A DNA stretch of 64,000 bases, from the NCBI GenBank assembly GCA_022563535.1, contig JADFNE010000015.1, positions 1,305-65,304 on the forward strand. Reading direction: 5' to 3'. The DNA is from Myxococcales bacterium. Lineage in GTDB: Bacteria; Myxococcota_A; UBA9160; UBA4427. The notes beneath the pieces were generated by a model that saw only the letters and a list, made by a program, of their open reading frames with translations, was not told the origin of the DNA and searched no databases. Below are positions 51,464 through 59,712 of this stretch, in pieces (position 1 is the stretch's first letter; each line of letters begins with the position of its first letter). Both the position numbers and the translations under genes were made by a program.

Positions 51464-52687
51464 ATGGAAACAGTCATCTACGGTGTCGTCGCATTTACAC
51501 TCTTGATCGTCATGTTGGTCGGTGTGCTGATATTTGCCAAGGCAAAGCTGATCCCGAGCGGCGACGTCACGATCATGATCAATGGCGATCCTGAAAACTC
51601 ACTCGTCACCGCAAGTGGCGGTACGCTGCTCAATACCCTGAGTGCGAACAAGATCTTCATACCCTCTGCCTGTGGCGGAAAGGGAAGCTGCGGGGTCTGC
51701 ACCGTGAAGGTCCTCGAAGGCGGGGGCGCGATACTTCCCACCGAGGGGGCGTTCATTACCCGCGGTGAAGCCCGGGAGGGGTGTCGACTTTCCTGCCAGG
51801 TCAAAGTCAAGCAGGACATGAAGATCGAAATTCCCGCCGAAATCTTCAGCGTCCGCAAGTGGGAGTGCACGGTTCGCTCGAACAAGAATGTCGCGACGTT
51901 CATCAAGGAACTGATTCTCGAGCTGCCCGAGGGTGAGAGCGTCCCCTTCCAGGCGGGGGGCTACATCCAGATCGAAGCACCGCCCCACACTGTGCACTAC
52001 AAGGATTTTGAGGTCGAAGAGGAGTACCGGGACGACTGGGATCAATTCGACCAGTGGCGCTATGTCTCCGTGGTCGACGAGGAAGTCATCCGCGCCTTCT
52101 CGATGGCGAACTATCCCGAGGAAGAGGGCATCATCATGCTGAACGTCCGCATTGCCTCGCCTCCGCCTCGCACCCCGGACGTCCCGCCGGGCATGATGTC
52201 TTCATGGCTCTTCAGTCTCAAGCCCGGAGACAAGGCCACCATCTCGGGCCCCTTCGGCGAGTTCTATGCCAAGCCTACCGACAACGAGATGATCTTCATC
52301 GGCGGCGGAGCGGGAATGGCGCCGATGCGCTCGCATATCTTCGACCAGTTCCGAAGACTGAACAGCGATCGCAAGATCTCGTTCTGGTACGGCGCGCGCA
52401 GTCTTCGAGAGTCGTTCTACAATGATCACTTCGACAAGATCGCCGAGGACTTCGATAACTTCGAATGGCATTTGGCACTCTCGGAACCGCAGGAAGAAGA
52501 CCATTGGACCGGGCTCACGGGGTTCATCCATCAGGTGCTGTACGACAACTACCTGAAGGACCACAAATCGCCCGAGGATTGCGAGTACTACATCTGCGGC
52601 CCGCCGATGATGAACGACGCCGTGATCGCGATGCTCATCGATCTCGGAGTCGAGAACGAGAACATCATGTTCGATGACTTCGGCTAG
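51464..52687 (+). CDS. nqrF: Na+-NQR subunit F
   Basis: N-terminal TM, 2Fe-2S ferredoxin motif [14 protein letters not shown], and an FNR-like FAD/NADH domain ([17 protein letters not shown]). Confidence 0.95.
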   Translation: METVIYGVVAFTLLIVMLVGVLIFAKAKLIPSGDVTIMINGDPENSLVTASGGTLLNTLSANKIFIPSACGGKGSCGVCTVKVLEGGGAILPTEGAFITRGEAREGCRLSCQVKVKQDMKIEIPAEIFSVRKWECTVRSNKNVATFIKELILELPEGESVPFQAGGYIQIEAPPHTVHYKDFEVEEEYRDDWDQFDQWRYVSVVDEEVIRAFSMANYPEEEGIIMLNVRIASPPPRTPDVPPGMMSSWLFSLKPGDKATISGPFGEFYAKPTDNEMIFIGGGAGMAPMRSHIFDQFRRLNSDRKISFWYGARSLRESFYNDHFDKIAEDFDNFEWHLALSEPQEEDHWTGLTGFIHQVLYDNYLKDHKSPEDCEYYICGPPMMNDAVIAMLIDLGVENENIMFDDFG

Positions 52688-53777
52688 GCCGACACCCCCT
52701 TCGACCGGCCTCCCTCGCCGTACTCTCGACAAGCGGGCGCGCATCGCCCTGCCGCTGTGTGGAGCATTGCTGCTCGGGCTTGCGATTCACCGCCTGATCA
52801 TCGCCGACCCAGCCGAACGCCCATATTTCGAGTTCACCGGCAGAACCATGGGCACGACCTACTCAGTGAAGGTCGCAACCCAAGACCTCTCAGAGGCTGC
52901 GAAGTCGGTGCTCGCTCGCGACGTCGAAGCTCAGCTCGACCGGGTGAATGCGCTGATGTCCAGTTACCTTCCCGATTCCGAGCTATCCCGCTTCAATCGA
53001 CACAGAGCGACTGATCCATTCGAATTTTCTGAAGAGACGATCGAGATATTTCGCATTGCCCGTCGGGTGAGTGAAATGACGGGCGGGGCGTTTGACATTA
53101 CCGTTGGGCCGCTGGTAGCCGCCTGGGGTTTTGGGGCGACCGATCGCCCCCCCGAGCCCCCGAGCGAAGAGGCTCGCCGAGAACTCCAACAAAGGGTCGG
53201 ATACACCAAGCTCATTTACGATCCGGCGCGGCCCACCGTCGCAAAAAGCGATCCTCGCATCGAGTGCGATCTGTCTGCGATCGCAAAGGGCTACGGAGTC
53301 GACCTCGTCGCTCGGACAATAGAGAAACTCGGTCACTCCAACTACCTGGTCGAGATCGGGGGCGAGTTGCGCGCTCACGGCCACAAGCTCGACGGGCGGA
53401 TCTGGCGGGTGGGGATCGAGCGACCCGATGCCGCCGCGCCCACGAGCCACGAAGTCGTGGTTCTCTCCGATATTTCCCTGGCGACTTCGGGAGACTATCG
53501 GGACTACTACGAAGTCGAGGGTCAGCGGATTTCTCATACCATCGATCCCCGAGCCGGCCGGCCAATCGCACACCATCTCGCATCGGTGAGTGTGCTCCAT
53601 GCAGAAGCCGTCTGGGCCGATGCATTGGCGACCGCACTCAACGTCATGGGGCCAGAAGATGGATTGGCCTGGGCCGAGGCCCACAAAACTCCAGCGCTGT
53701 TCCTGGTGCGCGAAGACGGGGGCAAATTTCGAACGATTGCGAGCACGGCATTCGCCCGCCTGCGCGAGCCGCAGTGA
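52674..53777 (+). CDS. apbE: FAD:protein FMN transferase (ApbE)
   Basis: [28 protein letters not shown] and ATSGDY are ApbE family motifs. Sits directly after nqrF, as in other nqr operons. Confidence 0.9.
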   Translation: MTSARPTPPSTGLPRRTLDKRARIALPLCGALLLGLAIHRLIIADPAERPYFEFTGRTMGTTYSVKVATQDLSEAAKSVLARDVEAQLDRVNALMSSYLPDSELSRFNRHRATDPFEFSEETIEIFRIARRVSEMTGGAFDITVGPLVAAWGFGATDRPPEPPSEEARRELQQRVGYTKLIYDPARPTVAKSDPRIECDLSAIAKGYGVDLVARTIEKLGHSNYLVEIGGELRAHGHKLDGRIWRVGIERPDAAAPTSHEVVVLSDISLATSGDYRDYYEVEGQRISHTIDPRAGRPIAHHLASVSVLHAEAVWADALATALNVMGPEDGLAWAEAHKTPALFLVREDGGKFRTIASTAFARLREPQ

Positions 53778-53922
53778 GCCCGGGCCCGGATCAACGATTC
53801 ATCGTTGGCCCCGGGCGACCTGCTATCATGGGGCCGCCCTTGAGCTTTCGACTCCTCTGACCGAAACAGATCAAAACAGATCGAAAACGACAGGAAACCC
53901 CGGAACGGGCGGAAAAAGCATC

Positions 53923-54114
53923 ATGCAGACCTTCATCGCAACTCTGATTCTATTTTGTCTGGCCGCCGCCGGCATGGCGGTAGGTTTGATCTTTTCGAAT
54001 CGAAGCCTGCGCGGTTCCTGTGGCGGAACGGGCAAGGACTGCAGTTGTAGTGAGAAAGAGCAGAAGGAATGCGCGCTGAAAAAGGAACATCAGGCGCACG
54101 CCGGAGCGCACTGA
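53923..54114 (+). CDS. nqrM: Na+-NQR maturation protein NqrM (DUF539)
   Basis: 63 aa: one TM (FIATLILFCLAAAGMAVGLIF) followed by the Cys cluster RGSCGGTGKDCSCS. It is hidden in the 3' third of the spurious 174-aa ORF 53590..54114. ATG at 53923 verified. Confidence 0.75.
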   Translation: MQTFIATLILFCLAAAGMAVGLIFSNRSLRGSCGGTGKDCSCSEKEQKECALKKEHQAHAGAH

Positions 54115-54118
54115 GGAT

Positions 54119-54661
54119 TCAGGAGCGCTGCTTGATCGGGTAGCCGTTGCGGAAGAGTTGCTCCCCGAGTTGGTTGCCGGCGTTGTCCCAGGAAATCAGT
54201 TTGCCGTGTTGGAGTCCTCGCTGGAACTCGGCTTGAACTCGCTTTTTTCCGTTCGGGTACCAGCGTGTCCACACTCCGACACGGAGCCCATCTTCGTACG
54301 CGCCCGATCTCGCAGGACGCCCGTCGGGGTACCACTCGGAATACCAGCCGTGCTTGAGTCCCTGGTCGAGACCGACCCGCACACACCATTCTTTGAATCC
54401 CGCCGGAGGTTCGTCACCTTGGCGTTCGGTTCCGGGAGGGCAGTCAGGGCGGTACGGGACTACGAAACCGACGCCACCGTCATACGCGTTATTCGCCCGA
54501 CTGGCGGAGGCCCTGGCAAGAGATTCTGAATCTTGGGCCTGTTCTTGGCGTGAGGCAGCCAAGTCATCGGATTGACGGTTCGCAACGACACCTCCAGCCA
54601 GAACCACAAGCGCAATACAAACCAGCACCGCTGGACTGCGAAGGTGATCGATTTGCGACAT
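54119..54661 (-). CDS. Membrane-anchored MORN-repeat (YwqK-like) protein
   Basis: N-terminal TM (AVLVCIALVVLAGGVV), then repeats of the G-x-W-x-x-WY-P-[ND]-G type (HGWYSEWYPDGRP, GVWTRWYPNGKK, HGKLISWDNAGN). Start trimmed to ATG 54661. Confidence 0.6.
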   Translation of the reverse strand: MSQIDHLRSPAVLVCIALVVLAGGVVANRQSDDLAASRQEQAQDSESLARASASRANNAYDGGVGFVVPYRPDCPPGTERQGDEPPAGFKEWCVRVGLDQGLKHGWYSEWYPDGRPARSGAYEDGLRVGVWTRWYPNGKKRVQAEFQRGLQHGKLISWDNAGNQLGEQLFRNGYPIKQRS

Positions 54662-54730
54662 GAGATCCACAGCCCAAGACTCCCCATCTGACCAAGTCTC
54701 GAGTCGTATCGTCCCCCCGCCCAAACCAAT

Positions 54731-55777
54731 TTAGCCCGCCAACACCTCAATATGCCCGGCTTGCCCATCCACCACTTCACCGATCACCGCCCGAGTCTCG
54801 ACCCCATTCTCCTCGAGTTGCTCGAGCAACTGACGCTCATTCTCCGGACGTACTGCAATCACCAATCCCCCTGATGTCTGGGCATCCGCGAGAATCAGGC
54901 GGTCGTCCTGGGAGACTGATTCGGCAAACTTCGTGGTGGCTTCGATGTAGCGAAGGTTGTTCTTGCTCCCCCCCGGCACCAGCCCCTCGGAGGCGAGCCG
55001 CCGGGTCGCCGCGAACATGGGGACCGATGCGGCCTGGATCCGAGCCGACAAACCAGAACCCATCACGAGGTTGTAGACGTGTCCCAACAACCCAAAACCC
55101 GTGACGTCAGTTGCCGCGCGAGAACCGGCTGCCAAGGCAGCGTCCTTGGCACCCTTGTTCAGGGTTTGCATCGCCGAGATCACCTCATGCATCTCGGCTT
55201 CCGTGAGTTTCTGGTGCTTGATCGCCTGGGCGGCGATCCCCGATCCGATCGGTTTCGTGAGCACCAGCCGGTCTCCAACCCGGGCACCGGTTTGTGAGAG
55301 AGTTCGCTCTGGGTCGACGTCTCCGATCACACACAACCCGTACTTGAGCTCCGGGTCGAGCACCGTATGTCCCCCGACAATCGCGCAACCCGCTTCTGCG
55401 GCTTTGTCGGTACCTCCCTGGAGAATGCGCGTCAAAATTTCGGGCGGAACTTCGTCCTCGGGAAAACCGCAAATCGCCAACGCGACCCGGGGCTCGCCCC
55501 CCATCGCGTAGACGTCGGAGAGTGAATTCGCCGCAGCAATCGCTCCAAACTGCACCGGATCGTCGACAATCGGAGTGATGAAATCCACCGTGAAAGCGAG
55601 CTTCGACACATCGCCTGTATTCACGAGGGCGGCATCATCCATCGGGCCGACATTTGTATCGACCCACGAATTTGAAAACGTATTCAGTTTCGACAGGACC
55701 TGACCCAGGCCCTCAGCACTTAGCTTGCGCGCTCAACCACCGGCGGGAACAAGCTGGGTCAATCGAATATCACCCAT
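54731..55777 (-). CDS. selD: Selenide, water dikinase (selenophosphate synthetase), Sec-containing form with in-frame UGA at 55733-55735
   Basis: ORF-track entry 54731..55642 lacks the conserved SelD N-terminus. Reading through the in-frame TGA gives MGDIRLTQLVPAGG-U-ARKLSAEGLGQVLSKL, which aligns with E. coli [21 protein letters not shown] (Sec at the Cys17 position, Lys20 conserved). ATG 55775-55777 has AGGAGG 5 nt upstream and is in frame with 55642. Confidence 0.85.
55695..55713 (-). promoter_or_regulatory. Putative bacterial SECIS hairpin for the selD UGA
   Basis: In the mRNA sense, AGGGCCUG-GGU-CAGGUCCU forms 8 bp including one G-U pair, with a GGU apical loop. The stem starts 20 nt after the UGA, which is compatible with bacterial SECIS geometry (G/U in the apical loop). 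Confidence 0.55.
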
Positions 55778-55851
55778 GATGCCTCCTATTGATGCCGACT
55801 CTTGATACCCCACCCCCTTGATCGATCGCAACTTCCTGGAATCATTAGCGC

Positions 55852-56823
55852 ATGAGACTGCGGATCCAGATGCTCTGCCCAGCCCCTCCCGGTTCCCGAA
55901 ACGGCAACCGAATCACGGCGCTGCGTTGGTCGCGCTTCCTCCGCTCACTCGGACACCAGGTCGAGATTCTCCACGACCTCGATGATCGCGATATCGGTGC
56001 GCGAGCCGACGTGCTCGTACTTCTTCACGCCGCAAAATGCGCGAACGCAGCGCGGCGATTCCGCGAGAACTACCCCGAGCGCTCGTTGGTGGTGGCCCTC
56101 ACCGGAACCGATCTGTATCGGGATCTCGCAAGGCAACCCCGAGTGCATCGCTCCCTCGAACTTGCAGACCGGATCATCTTGTTGCAACGCGCAGGTCTCG
56201 CAAATCTCGCCCCTCACCTTCGGCGCAAGTCCCACGTGATTCATCAGAGCAGCGTTCCGGTAGCTGCACCGCGGTTTTCGTTCGATCGCCACTTTTACGT
56301 CTGTGTCGTTGGCCACATGCGTGCGGTCAAGGATCCGCTGCGCTGCGCAATGGCCGTGCGCGCACTACCGAAGAGTTCGAGAATCCGGGTGACACATATT
56401 GGTCGCGCAATGACGGAACGCTTTGCCGCACTTGCCTCGCGCGAAGATGAAGAGAATCCCCGCTACTCGTGGCTCGGGGAGTTCACCCACGCGCGCACCC
56501 GAAGGCGTATCGCACAGAGCCACGTGCTCGTTCTGACGTCGCGCATGGAGGGTGGCGCCAACGTGATCAGCGAGGCGTGCGCGGCCGGGGTTCCCATTCT
56601 CGCTTCGAGAATCGAAGGCAGCGTCGGTTTACTCGGAGCGAAACATCCCGGAATGTTCGAAGTGGGAAATACTCGCGAGTTGAGAGGCCTGCTTTTGGCT
56701 GCTGAGAACGACAGTACGTTTTATGAGAAGCTTCGCCGCGCGTCACTTCAGAAGGCGCCGCAGTTCAAACCCAGTCTCGAAAGAACCGCGTGGCGGAAAC
56801 TGCTCGCGAAGCTCCCCAACTGA
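55852..56823 (+). CDS. senB: GT-B glycosyltransferase resembling the SelD-associated selenosugar synthase SenB (TIGR04348-like)
   Basis: 323 aa. The distinctive N-terminus CPAPPGSRNGNRITALRWSRFLRSLGHQV and the GT1/GT4-type C-terminal EGGANVISEACAAGVPILASRIEG. Divergently adjacent to selD with a 74-bp spacer. Assignment is from remembered family features and context, not from a search. Confidence 0.55.
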   Translation: MRLRIQMLCPAPPGSRNGNRITALRWSRFLRSLGHQVEILHDLDDRDIGARADVLVLLHAAKCANAARRFRENYPERSLVVALTGTDLYRDLARQPRVHRSLELADRIILLQRAGLANLAPHLRRKSHVIHQSSVPVAAPRFSFDRHFYVCVVGHMRAVKDPLRCAMAVRALPKSSRIRVTHIGRAMTERFAALASREDEENPRYSWLGEFTHARTRRRIAQSHVLVLTSRMEGGANVISEACAAGVPILASRIEGSVGLLGAKHPGMFEVGNTRELRGLLLAAENDSTFYEKLRRASLQKAPQFKPSLERTAWRKLLAKLPN

Positions 56824-57057
56824 AAGTTTAGGTTCGCTGCGAATTGAGACTTGCGCGCTCGGCGCACGTTCTCACAAACGAAACTAGAACGCGTTTGTTC
56901 GTACAACCCACTTGGAAATCTAAACTTTTTCTCCATCTGAGCCGTTAATAATTTCGCGGGCCGGCGCACACCCAGTGTGTGCGCGCACCGCGAAGCACCG
57001 GCAGTGCGCAGTTCCAAAATTGCATGCTGTCTGAACTATTTGTGCCGGGAGTTGGCG

Positions 57058-58650
57058 TTGTTCAAGTTCGCCTGGAACAGAAACAAGGCTACGGCTCGTA
57101 CAGGCCGTGTCGGGCTCGCCCTGGAGAGCGACGGATTCACCCTTTGTCACGTGGTTGAGGAAGAGGGTGTACCACCGCGCGTGACACTGTGTAAAGCCGT
57201 CTCAGCCCTTACACCGGAAGAGCGGAACACAGCGCTCGCTGAGCTTGTCGCGGAGTCGAAACTTTCGGGGACTCCGTGTGTCGTCGTGCTTCCGCCAGAA
57301 TCCTATAGCCTGCGGCTCTTGGATCGTCCCAAAGTGGAAGACGACGAGATCGCCAGTTCCCTGCCCTGGCTGATCAAGGACTTGATTGACTTTGATCCGA
57401 GCGATGCGAGGGTGGACTACTTCGATTTCCCCGCTGACGCAAACCGAGGCCGAGACCCGCAACTGTTCGTCGTCGCCGCTCGCAACGACGTCATCGAGGA
57501 AGTTACGAATTTGCTGGACGGGTCGGGGCTGGAACTCGACGCCGTTGATATCGGTGAGCTTGCGCTGCGCAATCTGACATTGGTGATGCCAGAGCAGGTG
57601 GCCGGCACGTTGCTCCTCGAACTGCGGCCCAAGGGCGGCATTCTCGCCATCTGCCACGAATCCAAACTCTATTTTGCGCGCTCGATCAGCACGGGGACGA
57701 GTCATATCGATGATGCGATGAGCCAGGAGATCGCGCTGGATGATTCTGATGACCAGCTCAGCGATCACGTACGCAGCCTTCTCGACGAGTTACTGCTCGA
57801 GATTCAGCGGTCCCTCGATTACTACGAGAGCGAAATTGGAAAAGCACCTGCCTCACGTCTTGTCATTGCTCCGTCTACCGCGGAGATCTCGCTCTACATT
57901 CCGTATCTCACCGAACAGCTTCGTCCGGTCGCCGTAAGCCAGCTCGACCTCCACGAACTGGTCGAATCCGACGAGATCTTGCCCAACAAGCTTCAGGCCA
58001 AGGCACTGCTCGCACTGGGCGGTGCGCTGCGCGAAGACCTCGAACAGCAGCTCGACCTGAACCGGGACAGGAAGATCGTTTCCGGCTACACCACGTTGCC
58101 CATCCAATGGGTGGCCAAAGTTTGTGCCATGTTGTTTTGCGGGCTAATGCTGACCTACGGGTATGGCACGTACCAGATGCAACAGCTGAAAGCGGAGGTG
58201 GAAGCCAGCCTCCAGCAGCACAACCTGATCGACAGGGAGATTACGAAACTCGAGTATGAATATTCCCTGAGACATCCTGCGGGAGAGGTCAGCGGTCCCC
58301 TTGCCCGACTGCGTGCAGAACGTGACCGAACCGCCCGCACACTGCGCAGGCTGGAGATTCTTGGGGGCGGCCGACGCGAAGGCTTTTCGAAATATTTCGT
58401 CGGGTTTGCACGTCACCTGGTTCCCCAGCTCTGGCTGACGCAGATTGACGTGATCGACGGCGGAGATTCACTTTCGATTCGCGGCAGTACGTTGGCTGCA
58501 AAGCGGGTACCCCAACTCCTCCGACAACTCCGAAGCGAACCGTCGTTCAGCGGAAAGACCTTCGCTCTGTTCCAGCTAACCCAGGGCCAGGGCCCGGGCA
58601 TTCTCGACTTTGCGTTGGAGAGTTTTCCCGCCGCAGGAGTCGCGCCATGA
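57058..58650 (+). CDS. mshI: MSHA pilus biogenesis protein MshI (PilM/PilN-like fusion)
   Basis: Actin-like ATPase-fold N-terminal half, a central TM (VCAMLFCGLMLTYGY), and a PilN-like C-terminus. First gene of the I-J-K-L-M-N-E order. Start uncertain: TTG 57058 with GGGAG 6 nt upstream is preferred over the ORF-track 56977. Confidence 0.65.
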   Translation: MFKFAWNRNKATARTGRVGLALESDGFTLCHVVEEEGVPPRVTLCKAVSALTPEERNTALAELVAESKLSGTPCVVVLPPESYSLRLLDRPKVEDDEIASSLPWLIKDLIDFDPSDARVDYFDFPADANRGRDPQLFVVAARNDVIEEVTNLLDGSGLELDAVDIGELALRNLTLVMPEQVAGTLLLELRPKGGILAICHESKLYFARSISTGTSHIDDAMSQEIALDDSDDQLSDHVRSLLDELLLEIQRSLDYYESEIGKAPASRLVIAPSTAEISLYIPYLTEQLRPVAVSQLDLHELVESDEILPNKLQAKALLALGGALREDLEQQLDLNRDRKIVSGYTTLPIQWVAKVCAMLFCGLMLTYGYGTYQMQQLKAEVEASLQQHNLIDREITKLEYEYSLRHPAGEVSGPLARLRAERDRTARTLRRLEILGGGRREGFSKYFVGFARHLVPQLWLTQIDVIDGGDSLSIRGSTLAAKRVPQLLRQLRSEPSFSGKTFALFQLTQGQGPGILDFALESFPAAGVAP

Positions 58651-59336
58651 GGGAGCGCTGGGAGCGACTGCAGGAACGATATCTCGAACTCACGCTTCGT
58701 GAACGCATCATGGTCTTGTGCGCCCTTCTCGCGAGCCTGTTTGGAGTCGTGGACGCGGTCTTTCTGCTTCCGATGGATCGAGAACGGGAGCAGCTTCAGA
58801 GTCAATTGAGCCAGCACGTGGCATCGATCAAGCGCCTGGACGAGCGCGCGGAGCAATTGGCCCAGCGAATCGCAGGCAGAACCCCTACTCCCATGGACCG
58901 GGAAGAGACGGCGCTGAAGCGGCAGATCGAGATCATGAACGCGGACATCGAAGAGCACATGTCTTCGATGATCGCGCCGAACGATGTCACACGAATGCTC
59001 GAGGAACTCCTGAGCGAGGAAAGCGACCTCACCCTCGTCAAGCTCATGAGCACGAATCCGGCAACGTTCCCCCCCGCAACCGAAGCTGGAGTTCCGGGGG
59101 CAGCTGTCGACCCTCAAGGGCAAACCGCTGAGAAGGCGGAGTTCTATCGCCATGGCTTCGTGATCGAACTGGAAGGGTCCTACCTCGCGACTCTGCACTA
59201 CCTCGAGTCGATCGAGAGTCTTCCATGGGATCTTTCGTGGGACACCATCACCTACACGGTCATCGACTACCCGCGTGCGCGGATTTCGATCCACCTCCAT
59301 ACATTGAGCCGCGAGGAGAATTGGATCGGTGTCTAA
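58647..59336 (+). CDS. mshJ: MSHA biogenesis protein MshJ (PilO-like)
   Basis: 229 aa with an N-terminal TM plus coiled coil. ATGA overlap with the mshI stop; position in the cluster. Confidence 0.65.
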   Translation: MRERWERLQERYLELTLRERIMVLCALLASLFGVVDAVFLLPMDREREQLQSQLSQHVASIKRLDERAEQLAQRIAGRTPTPMDREETALKRQIEIMNADIEEHMSSMIAPNDVTRMLEELLSEESDLTLVKLMSTNPATFPPATEAGVPGAAVDPQGQTAEKAEFYRHGFVIELEGSYLATLHYLESIESLPWDLSWDTITYTVIDYPRARISIHLHTLSREENWIGV

Positions 59337-59712
59337 CCCTTTCACAAACCGCCAGTTCCCCGCCTGGATCATCATCGCGCTGGTCTGTTGCGCAGGCTTG
59401 TTGCATCCCTCGCTCGGACTTGCACGCGGGGAGCTGAAAGATCCGACCCGGCCACCAGACTCGTCGAAACTCGAAGAGGCCGGCGTGGATGTCTCCGCCT
59501 CCTCTCCCTACGCGTTGACCGCAATACTGGTCGCCAAAGGGCGGCGAATCGCCGTGATCAACGGCCAACCGGTTCAAGCTGGCGATCAGGTCGCGAATGC
59601 GACAGTTGTCAGCATCTTTCGGGACAAGGTTGTTCTCCGGGCGCGCACAGGAGATCTCACGCTTCGATTGCTCCCCCGTTCGATCAAGATCAGCGAGGCA
59701 TCGGGCAAATGA
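59329..59712 (+). CDS. mshK: MSHA biogenesis protein MshK (PilP-like)
   Basis: 127 aa, GTG start, signal peptide, and the LKDPTRPP motif followed by a small beta domain (ILVAKGRRIAVINGQPVQAGD). Confidence 0.6.
   Translation: MSNPFTNRQFPAWIIIALVCCAGLLHPSLGLARGELKDPTRPPDSSKLEEAGVDVSASSPYALTAILVAKGRRIAVINGQPVQAGDQVANATVVSIFRDKVVLRARTGDLTLRLLPRSIKISEASGK

Noticed and set aside
53590-53922. The 174-aa ORF 53590..54114 as a single protein overlapping the end of apbE.
   Set aside because: Only the last 63 codons (from ATG 53923) look like a real protein (NqrM: TM helix plus Cys cluster). The upstream part overlaps apbE in another frame and reads as low-complexity Arg/Pro/Gly.
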